From Proteromonas lacertae (lineage: Eukaryota), in the NCBI GenBank assembly GCA_002245135.1, contig NGBS01000004.1:186001-250000 (forward strand): a stretch of DNA of 64,000 nt, in the 5' to 3' direction. Below are positions 14,719 through 26,900 of the stretch, one piece after another (the first letter of the stretch is position 1; the number at the start of each line of letters is the position of its first letter). A program made the translations under genes and the position numbers. The notes beneath the pieces were generated by a model that had not been told where the DNA came from, did not search any database, and saw nothing but the letters and a program-made list of their open reading frames with translations.

Positions 14719-16894
14719 CTATTTCGATCTCATTATTTCATCATCAATATCTATTACAGGGTATAAAATAATCATTTTATGTATTGATGACATTGTATTT
14801 CTATAATTTTTATAAAACCATCTTTCTTCATCTGTCCATAATGAATTGTCTACTTCTAGTAATGGATATTCTTCTCTTTCTAATGCTTTCTCACAAAGTA
14901 GTCTTAATCCTTTCATTCTAATATTATTTCCATTCAAAATTATTACTATATTATTTATTATATTATCCATTTCATTTGCCAATAAAACAGCACTTTCATC
15001 ATCTATTGAGATATTACTCAAATTAATATCACGAGAATTTTCAATTAATATATTTAAATTGTTTGACAATAATTTAAATCCAACATTACCAATTGGATTA
15101 TCTATTATATAAATAAAAATAGTAAATATAATATACCATGAATGACTAATTTATCAATATTCTCATTTTCTTTCATGTAATCCACTAAGTATTCTATTCC
15201 ATTTAAATCAATATTGTTATTGCTTATATCAAGTATGATCTTTTCAGGAATATTCTTTAATCCTTCTAATAAATACTTTAATCCAGCTGAAGATAATCCC
15301 AAATCTATTACAATATTACAATGAGTTTTCATACTTGACCAATTCATTTTATTATAAAAATTACTCAATAGATGTAAATATGGAAGTAGTAGTTTCATTC
15401 CTGCTTCATCAATTGGATTAACTATTCAAAGATTAATATATAATATAAAATGAAATACATTCAAGATAAATATATATTAATTTAGTATAAGGAATGGATT
15501 TAACAAATGATTCAATGAAATCAGAAGTAAGATTACATTTGAATAAACCTAACATTACTAAATTCGATAAGTGAGAAAATAATGATCCAAATAATGGTTG
15601 AAGATGAATTGGAATATTAATGTCAACTAATCAAGTATATCTAATAATAATTATATCATACAGAAATAGAGTTTTTTGTGATTAATGCATTTCAATAATC
15701 TGAAGAAATAATTCATTCCTTCTTCACATAAACAAAAACAATCTGAATAAATGCCTAATGTTTCTTTATCATCATCCAAATTATGAATATTAAACATATT
15801 CATATCTAAATAACATTCCCCATATTCTTGACATATGTGATAAACATGAAATCTTAGTTTATACATTAAATCATAATCTTTATATATTGTCATTATCAAC
15901 AACACTGATAATATTCTTTCATTGGGTTTGTTATTGTAAGAATCTATCATTCTATCTCTAATTTCTTTCCATTCATCACTCTCCAAAAAATATTCTGGTG
16001 AATAAAATGAAACAATTTCTTCACAATCATTATTATATAACACCTCTTTTTTTTCTTTCACAATCATTAAATTATTTTTACAATCTCTCAATATTTCACT
16101 CATTTTTATCATTTCTTTTTTCAACTCTTTTAAACTCATTCTTTCTTCATTTTCCACATTTAGCATCTTATCAATTAGTTTTTCCATTGGATTATTATTT
16201 CTAATACCAAAACAATATTTACATCTCAGGATCTTCATTGTTTTATTCACATTATCATCTTCATTAAATGGTAATTTATTATTAATCATTTCATATAATA
16301 TACATCCAATTGACCAAATCACACTTCGATCATCACATTCTAATCCATTTATCTCTTCTGGGCTTATGAAGTTTATATCATATAACCTCTTATCACTCTC
16401 TTTTCTCAAAGAATTTAACCATAAATCACACATTTTTATGTGATTACTATTGTTATATACAATATTTGAACTCTTCAAATTATTAACTATCAAACCATAT
16501 TCATTTAACATCATCAATATATCACATATTGAATATATCACATCACATATATTACTATTTGACAAGGTTTTACTTTGAATTAATTCTTCTAAATCTCTAT
16601 CGTAGTATTCTCGTGAAATTATAATACACTCATTGCAATTATTTATATAAATTACTCTAGAAGGACAAATAAAGGAGGAACAACTATCTAATAACAACGA
16701 GTTATTTTCATTGAATTTTAATACTTGTTTCTCTTTTATTCCATCTATATTAAAACATTTTAGCATTCTAAAGCTATTATCATGCTCTACAATTATATCT
16801 ACTTCATTACCACTTTTTTCTATCTTTTTTCTTATCTAATAAAATAAAAACATAAAAATACTTCAGCATTAAATGGTAATATTGATGGTATCAT
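14719..16894 (-). CDS. Pseudokinase-LRR protein, copy 1 (short LRR array)
   Basis: NEK-like kinase fold lacking the G-loop, with NNLKSSNI (no catalytic Asp), CDLW in place of DFG, SPEE and SVIWSIGC, followed by RI-type LRRs (LDISNNNID, LNGNNIR). Paralogous to 45501-48827 with shared intron positions. Start codon uncertain. Confidence 0.75.
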
Positions 16895-17067
16895 ATCATT
16901 TACTGAAGTTCTTAAGTGAAACGTTTTTTGATGTAAAATGAAACGAATATTATTTTCATATTTCATTATTTAATCATATACAACATATTATATATCAAAA
17001 CTATTCATTTTTGTTTATCAACTAACAAATAAACAGAATACAACCATTTTAAATAAATTATTACTAT

Positions 17068-17936
17068 TTATTCTATATCTTCTTTTATTGTAGACTATTC
17101 ATATATATATAACAAAATAATAAAAATACAGTAGATCGTAATAGAGTAGGTATAGAAGTACCAGGATCAAATTCAGGAGGTAAAGGCTTTTGTTCTTTTC
17201 TTTCATTCCATCTTAATTCTCTCTGAATTGAAATAAACCAATCACCTGTTACTCCACCATTTATTATATTGTCTCCTACCAGTTATTATAGTAGGTAATG
17301 GATAAGTAGATACTGATATCTATATAGATAATAATAATAATAATATATTAATATATTTACATATAAACTATCACCTTCATTCAAAATAGCCCATTTTCTA
17401 CCATCACAAATAACAATTGCAGAATTTCTACATTCTTCTTCAGCTCTTTTCGCTACAGTTACTCTTAATAAAGCAGAATCAGGCAATATCATTGGTCTGA
17501 ATGATAAACTATGTGGACAAATTGGAGTTAATAACATCGCAGGAACAGCAGGATGAACCATGCTACCACCAGCAGATGCTGAATAAGCAGTTGAACCAGT
17601 TGGTGTAGAAAATTGTTCCATCTCCACTTAACACTACTAAAAAGTATATATTCTTCTCTAATTCAATTGATAAGAATTAATCAGATTTTGACATATCATG
17701 TCCATCTTTTTCTACACACATATTCTTCGTTATGAATTTTTTCTCTTCTCTAAAGTTTCCATTCTCAATATACATTCATTTCTTGTTTGTTTTAATCCTT
17801 CTAAACCACTTTTAGGAATATGACCACAAGATTGAGCTGCTCGTAGTAATATAGGTTTGGAATGTGGTGTTATAGGAGGAGATTTAGGTGCTTCACTATC
17901 AGAGAGTGATGCTTTCTCTTTGCTTAAATCAGACAT
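17068..17936 (-). pseudogene. NAD kinase pseudogene
   Basis: [27 protein letters not shown] and DWFISIQRELRWNERKEQK are present. The GGDG motif reads LSGDGTI and is fused out of frame to STPTGST. Further frameshifts or stops near 17283, 17680 and 17730-17742. Confidence 0.82.
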
Positions 17937-17995
17937 TTTAATTAAGTGATCAAGCTTTCAAGCTTTTTTCATATTTTTCTTCTTATCTCCTCGCA

Positions 17996-20539
17996 ATGAT
18001 AAAAATGAGTGACAAAAATACTCAAAAAGACATTGATAGCAACTCAAAAATCATATCTTACCATTATATTTGTGAAGAACGTATGATTAGTGATTGTTAT
18101 TTTTTCTAGTGTGTGTGAACAGTATCCAATCATATGCTACAAAGATTGAGATGAATGTAAACTTGAAAAATTCTTCAATCAGCATAATAGACAATGGTAC
18201 TCTAATTTAGTGATTAAGGTATTAGGTTATGCACTTTCTATGGAAACATTTAGAAAATTAGGTGTTAGTACAATAGAGAGAAAGAATCATAGAAGAGGAG
18301 AGTTTTTACAAACAGTTAGTCATTTATGTAATTCTACTTTCATTATGGATGAAGATAAATTCCAGCATAAAAAGGTTTTATATTTTCAATCTATATAATT
18401 ACATGTAGACAATTAATATAAATGGTATAAGTAGTGAAATCACAAGTGGATATAAAGAAAGATGTTATAATGGACTAGAAGTTCATTTAGACCAAATATT
18501 CATGAATCGTCCAGTAAGAATAAAAGTATAAATATTACTATTTATATATATATATATATATATTATAAATAGTCCTGCAATATTGAGAATGAGATTAATC
18601 TAATTATTCAGATAATTGAAAGAATGTCTTTACTTCACCCAAATATTACATTTATACTATATGATTCAAATCAATCCAAGTTATTATATTCTATCAAGCC
18701 ACATTCTACTATCCTCAATCGATTTTTATCACTTTATAATAATAATAATAATAAATCAAACTATATAGAGTTTAATATAGAAAATCCTTTGAAATGTAAT
18801 GGTATAATTTCCAGTTTAAATGATAAAAAGAAAGGAAAGAAATTAAATATTCAATATTTATATATCAATGAATATCCAGTGAGATGTAAAGTATTAGAAT
18901 CAATTATAAATAATGAATTCAAGAGAAAGAACAGCAACAATAATAATGAATTGAGTTATATTATCAATATATATATGAATATGCCAGACTATAATGTTAT
19001 ATACAGTAATGACAGTATTAATGAAGTGATAATCAAATATGATTATAATTGTCTGATATGGTTAGTTCAAGAAATAATGAAGGAAATCTATGACAATAGT
19101 AATTATAGAAGTAATAATAATGATGATGATGAATATTTGAATATTGATGTTCCTGAACATGAAGATGATTATAATGATTTAGAGCCATTATTTACACCTA
19201 TTAAGAGAATGTATTCAAGTATACCAACACCACCATCTCATGAAAGGAGAATACCTGATAATTATAACTCACTTACTAATAAATGGGATTATTTACTAGG
19301 AGTTAATTCAATACCAAATAATATCAATAACAATGATAATTACCCAACTACAACTACTTCTTATTATTATAATAATCCAATATTTAATGATAATGATAAT
19401 GATAGAAGTCCTTTATTACTATCAAGACAAGAGTATAGAGAATATAAAAGATTATTAAAACAGCCATGGTTAAAGCCAATACAACCAGATGAAGGATTAG
19501 AAGATGAAGATGAAGAAATAGAAGTAATGAGAAGTGAAGTAGAATTACCACAACTACAACAGTGTAATGATAATGTTAGAAATGAAATACAACCATCACC
19601 ACTACTACCTCGTTATATTGATGATATATCAATAGATATTATTAATAGAGAATATGGTCATGATGTAATTATGAATCAGTTTATTGATTATAAACCATGT
19701 GAAGCTGATAGAACATATGAATGTAATAATGATGAATATAGAAATAGTGAGATTAATATAAAAACATATTTAACTCCATCAACAGTAAGTGGAAATAAAA
19801 GAAGAAGATTATCAACACCATCATCATCATTATCTTATAATAATAATAGTTTTATCTTTACAAAAGATGATTTAAAGAAGTGTAAGGTGATTGGTCAATT
19901 TGATAAGAAATTCATATTATTGTATTGTAATAATATATTATTTGCTATTGATCAAGTATAATTATATTATATTAATGTTAATAGCATGCTGCTGATGAGA
20001 GAGTAAATCTAGAGAAGTATGAATCAATAATACAATCACCTGATACTTCAGAGATAATGAATGAAATAAATATATGTGAAACAATGACAATTAATGACAG
20101 ATTATTTTATATATTAAATGAGAATAAAGAATTGATTGAAAAAAGGGGGTTTAAATATATAATAAAATATAACGAGAATAATGAAAGAGTGATTGAATTA
20201 GTGGTATATATATATAAATATATTTCAATTTATAATATCTAATAGAAGACAATGTGTATAATGAATACAATTATGCATATAGACTCATTAATGAACTATT
20301 TAGAACAATTAGAAAGATGTAATAATAAATATATTAATGAATATGAAATACCTGAGTATTTAAATACAGTATTGAAATCTAAAGCATGTAGAAATGCAAT
20401 AATGTTTAATGATGAACTCTCATTTGAAGACTGTGAAAATTTGATATTAAAACTGAGTGAATGCAATTATCCATTTATGTGTGCTCATGGTAGACCATCA
20501 ATACATCCTTTATTCAGTCTAAAAGACAATCAAATCTAA
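17996..20539 (+). CDS. MLH3: MutL homolog, MLH3 type
   Basis: IGQFDKKFIL, endonuclease motif DQ|HAADERVNLE across an intron, SKACRNAIMF and YPFMCAHGRPS. Degenerate GHKL N-terminus (EELCVNS, IIDNG, RGEFL) rebuilt through short introns. Confidence 0.88.
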
Positions 20540-20930
20540 TTATTCTATCAATTTTTAAAGTTAAGTTTGTTTTTGTTTTTATTTAATAAGAATTGCATAT
20601 ATATTATTCATAAATGAAAAATAGTATTAAATTGGGTGAGTAAAAATTTTCGTTGCCCATATACTTTAAAAATTCTATTCTACATTGATTTAACAATAGT
20701 ATTCTAATTATAGTATAAAATGTTTAAACCTACATTTATTTATAATATATTTATCGTCAATCCATTGGCTTGAAAAAAAAATCTCTTCAGAATGACTTAA
20801 TACTTTATAATAAGTATAATAATGAAGAATATAATTTAAATTTGCTTTTATATCTCTTAAAATAGCATATTGCCAAAAATGTAACCGACGATTCATTTTA
20901 GCCTCACCTAGCTCTTCAATCTCAATCTTC

Positions 20931-23900
20931 ATGATTCTCACTAAGAAGAGTATGTTAACATTGATCGAGATGATGATGTTATTAGAAATGGTGATGTCTA
21001 TAGATACAAGAAATGCCAGAGTACTTGAAGTTGTTGATGAAAAAAGTTTCAAAGCGTCTCTGAAAAATGAAACTACAGTGGAATTGAAAAACCCATTTAC
21101 AATTAGTGTATTATCTGATAATGCGATTTGGTTTCCTAATTCCCTTGTTAAGCTCACTCTTTTAGGTAAATGTAAAGATACACTCATTACCATTGAGTTT
21201 GAAGATGAAAGTGTGAAATCTTTTAGTTTATTCAATTCACTTGAGGAATCTTCCTTTTCAAAAGTATGCTTCAAGATCTCTGTGAAAAATCATGCTAAAC
21301 TCCAAGTAGAAGAAAAGTTTATAATAGTAAACAAGGTAGAAAACAGCCACTTTTACAATATCCAATTAACACTACCAGTAGAGGGTATGTCATTTAGCTC
21401 AAATGCAGAAGCTTCAGGCATATTAGTAAAAAGCGTAATATCATCAACTATATTACAAGCTGCTGTATTTTTTGGTAAATTAGAGTTACAATCTCTCTCT
21501 TCTGTTATGTTTGTTACGGTTTCTCAAGATTCATATATTGGAAATGCAATTGTACAAGGTAACACCTTAATAGTAGGTAATTCTCAAAATTTTGGTGTTA
21601 TTGGTGGTATTGTGTCTAAAAGTACAATAGTTGATTCAATTGTAGATATTTCTATTGTAAATATTAATGCAAATGCTACATCTGTGATAAAAAGATCAAT
21701 CGGAATGATTGTAGGAAGTTTATCATCACATTCAAAGATATTTAATGTTGCCGTTATAGTCAGAGATACAATGAAAATAAATGGAACTACTTTGAATCTT
21801 GGTATTCTAGCCGGTAAAGTAGAAAATAGTGATATAAATAATTGTTTTGTAAAGACTGTTATAAAACAATTAACTTTTAATGGAAATGAAACAGTAATGG
21901 TTGGTTCATTAGTTGGTGAAATAAATAACAATGATAATGAAGATAAAGTAATGATGGTTAATAATTATGGATTAATTACATTAGAAATATCATCAACAGA
22001 ATATTTAGTTAAAGATTATGGTTTATATTTTGGGAAGATAAATAAAGGGACTGTTCAAATGGTTAATTCATATATTTATCTTACTATCTCTGAAGGTATA
22101 AAAGATACAATTACAGTGAGTGATATATCAGTAATTAATAATAATGATGAAGATAGTTATATTAACATAAAAATACAAGATGTGTATTATATAATTAGAC
22201 CAAATGATATTGAAGTTATATTACATTCAAACATATTGAAATATTATAATAAAAATGATGCTAATGATGTTGTAGGTATTAAAGACAAACTAAAGAATTT
22301 TGATGATAAATCTAATGGATTTGCAAGTTATAAATTAACTCCATATTGGGATGATGATAAAAAAGAACTAACAAATCTCAATCAAATATCACAAAAGAAT
22401 ATTAGATATATTAAAGATGATTCTGGTAATTATGAAGGATATAATTACTATCTTAATGATTATAATGGAATATATTGTTCAACTCCATTATTAGGTAGTA
22501 ATACTGGATTAACTTATGTAAATGATTATCCAACAACTAAGTATGATTTGTATTGCATACAAACAGAAGGTAATAATGATTATGCTTTAACAATTACTAC
22601 AAAACCTGATTGGATGGTTATAAATGGATATAGTGATAGTGGTGATAATAAAATAGCTAAACCACCAACAGTAAATGTCTATTCAATTGATGTAAAAGAA
22701 GATCATGTAGGTGTTGCTGATGGTAATGTGAAATTTGAATTTTCTTCAACTGTTGGAACAACAGATTCATATGGATTTAGTTATAATGAAAAAGATGATA
22801 AAAAACCAGCGGTAAATATTGATCCATTGTATTTACAGTTTGGTTCAGTTGAATTGAAATCATTTGAATATACTATTAGATTAGATAAGAAACCATCATC
22901 ATCTGTTGTAGTTAAACCAATAATTAAATCTGATAAATATACAATAACACCAACAGAAGTAGAATTAAAACAAGATAATTATTTTAAACAAGTATTTACT
23001 ATTACTCCATTAGCAGTAAATGAAACAACAACAATTACTTTAACCCATACAATAACAACAACTGATATTGATTATAAAGATATTCAAATACCTGAAATGA
23101 AGTTAAAGACAGTAGTACAAGATAAAAGTTCAGCTCCAGAATTAATAAGAGTTAAAGAAAGTGATTCTGATTATGAAATTATGATTGATTTTAATATTCC
23201 ATGCTATGTTGAAGATGTAATATTTGAATGTGATAGATTGTTTATTGTTGATCCAACGTTATTATCCTCAGTAGAACAATGCATATGGGGACCAAACAAT
23301 AAAACAATCACAATGAAATTGAATAATTATACTGATATAATACCTGACACAACAATAACTATTAGAGAGAATAGAATAAGAAGTAGTAAATATAGTATTT
23401 ACTCAACTAAAGGTAATATGACTGTAGAATTAAGACCACCAATTCCTCAAGTAGTATCATCCAACTTTATTGATGGTTCAAAGATCAATATTACCTTTGA
23501 TACAGAAATAAAAGCAGGTATTTCCTCTGAAGGTTTATTATGTAACAAAATATTTAATGATACTTCCAGTCTAGATAGTAATGGTGAAGATAAAATAAGA
23601 TGTTATTTGCAGAATTATAAAAGTATTATTGTTGAATTATCATATCGATCTGATATTGTTCCAGGTGAGGAGTTAGTTATATTGGGTGGAATATTAAAGA
23701 GTGCAGAAAATCATATGTACAGTATGCCTGAAACTTCTGTTACTATATTAGCGCCTAATCCTTTACCTAAATTAGAAGCAATTGTTAAACTTCAACCAAA
23801 GATATTATTTTGTAGAAAGTTAGTATTAGATGGATCTGCATCAACTGGAAGTCCTGGTAGACCATTAACTTATACATGGAAATTGTTAGATCAAACTAAT

Positions 23901-26900
23901 ACTACAATATCTGAATATTTAGATACAGAGAGAGCAATTATAGAATTTCCATCATTCTTCTTCAATGTTGGTACATACAAATTCCAATTGAAAGTAAAAT
24001 CATTCTTAAGTAGTGATGAAAACACCGCAGATATTGAAGTAGTTGTTACTGATATACCATTTGTTAATACAATTATTGATGGTCCAATGAAGTCAACTGT
24101 GTATGTTGGTCAATTTGTGTTTATTAAAAGTAAAGTAACTTATGAATACTGTGGTGAAAATGAAGATAAGACACCATTGGAATATAAATGGAAGGTAACT
24201 AAATCTAATGAAATAATACCGTTAGATAGTTTTGATAATAGTGATCTAACAAGAATAGGTGTAAATGGTACAACATTAAGTTTAGGAGATTATAAATTCG
24301 AAATAACTGGAAGTAAAGGTGAATTAACAAATACAGCAACAGCTGAAGTTACAGTAGGCATAAGGAATTTAGGTATTGAGCCAGCTTTTCCATTAATACA
24401 AACAATCTTATCAAATGAAACAGTTACAGTTGGTGTAAAGTTGACTAATGAGAAAGAAACAATAACGTATCAATGGAGCAGTTCTGACATAGAATTGACT
24501 GGCTATGATGTAAATAAAAAGACACTATCATTAGAGAAAGATACACTCCTTAAGAATCATGAATATGAGTTTATATTACATGCTCATGGTCAAATTTCTA
24601 AAAAGGATAAATGGTTGAAGTTTAAAGTTGTAGTTAAAGATCCAACAGCATTTATAGTCAATATTGAAAATGAATTACATCCAAATAACATATTCTCAGT
24701 TTCAGATATTATAACATTAACAACAAGCATTCACAATAAGAATCCTAACAGTTATTACAGTTATAAATGGTCATACACAAATAGTGCATATAGATCACCA
24801 TTCTTATCACAAAAAGACAGATCATCTGTATTTATTGATTGTAGTGTATTATCTCCATATACAGAACATACAATACAAGTAATTATAACAGATAGCGATG
24901 GAAAAACAGCTGTAGCAAAATATCCATTCACTGTCACTTTACCTCCATCAGGTGGTTATATTGTTGTTCCAAAGATTAATGAATATGTATTTGGTGTGAA
25001 ATATACTCTAAGTACTGCAGGTTGGAGTGGTAATGTTGAACAATTAAGTTATAGATTTGGTGTATTAAAAGATAATACAGTGTATTATTTACAATCTGTA
25101 TTTGGTACAAGTCCATCTTATTATGGACTATTACCATTTGGTTCTGTCTATGATAATTATACATTAATACCAATTGTATTTGTACAAGATGTAGCAGGTG
25201 GAATAGTCAATACAACATTAACATCAAATGGAGAAGTAGTTAAGATATATGCACCACCAATATTAAATGAAGAAGAATTAAAAGCTACATTAAATGAAAC
25301 ATTACAAGGTTTAATCATTGAAAGAGATTATGATCAAATGTACAATCTTATAGGAAGTGTTTCTGATCAGTATAAACAAAGTGGTTGTAAAGATAGATGC
25401 CAAAATGGAGGAGAATGTGTTCAAGAGTATATATGTGAATGTAAGAATGGTTATTATGGTTTATTCTGTGAAAATCATAAACCAATAAATGGTGGATGGA
25501 GTAAAGATTATTACTATACTGAATGTAAAGATGGAAAAAGATTAAAGTATAAATTATGTAATAATCCATTCCCTCAATATGGAGGTTTAGATTGTGGTGA
25601 AATTAAAAATGAAACAATTGAATGTAGTGGTGATACAAACTGTCAATATTCTGAATGGAGTGAGTGGAGTGAATGTGAAGCTGAATGTGAAAAGTATAAT
25701 GGAGATACAATAATTGGAAGTAAAAGTAAAAATAAAACTGTAATAAATAATAATAACAATAATCTGTGTGTAAATATAAGTGAAAGTAAAGAGTGTGAAT
25801 ATACATGTTCATCTCCACCCAAGTTATGTCCAGGTCAAATCCTTGCTAATGATGGTAGTGTGAAAGGTGATGCATGTAGTAAACATGGTGATTGTCAAAG
25901 AAGTAGAAATAATTGTAAAGAGAATGAAATAACATGTTTAAGTTATTGTAATTGCCATCAAAATTATTATGGTGATGATTGCAGTAAAACAAAAGATGAA
26001 CATGAAGCTATACAAAGAATAAAACAACAGTTGTTTGATTCACTTAATCAGGCATATAAAGGATCACCTAGCACATCTGAATCAATGGAACAACAAAGTT
26101 CAACAATATTGTCAGTAATTGATCCACCCAGTGATTTACAAGACTCAGCAAAATCAGAAACATTTGATATGATTAAAAATTCAATAGACAAATTAAGCGA
26201 AAATAAACCAAAATCAATGTCATATGAAGCATTATCTAATTATGTAAAAGCATCATCAATATTATTAAAAGATGAATGGGTTCAAGTAGATAAACGTAGA
26301 AGAAGAATGAGAAGAGGATTAAGTAACAATGACGAAAGTAATAATGATAATGATAATGATAATGAAATCGGTAGTAAAATTACTGAGATATATGATAATA
26401 TAGCCAAAATACATAATGCACAACAATATAGTCCTCCATTATCAGTAGAAACAGATGTTGTATCACTGAGTCTAATAAGAGCAGATGTTACTTATGATTA
26501 TAGTAATAAAGTTGAAATGAATGGTGCTACAATCGATATTAATAATGCAATTAAAGATAAAGCAGGAGGTGAAGAAATACAAGTAATGAATTGGGCTGAT
26601 AATCCAAGAGGATTTGATAGTGAAACATTAAATAGAGAATCAAGTATATTATCCATCAAAATATCAACATCCAGTGGTGGTAATATATCTGAAGGATTTA
26701 AAGAACCAATCTATTTCACAAATAGAGTCAATAGTGGTGTACCATTAAAAGATATAAAATGTACTTATTATGATGGTAATGAATTAAGTACAAAAGGAGT
26801 TGTTGTAATAGGTATGATTGAAGAAAATGGTGAAAGATTGGTATTATGCTCAGCTATTCATCTAACTGATTTTGCTGCTCAATTAAAGAATATAATGCCT

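Noticed and set aside
20708..21274. 188-aa antisense ORF and many other 60-115 aa shadow ORFs
   Set aside because: They lie antisense or out of frame to well-supported genes, have low-complexity composition and no motifs.
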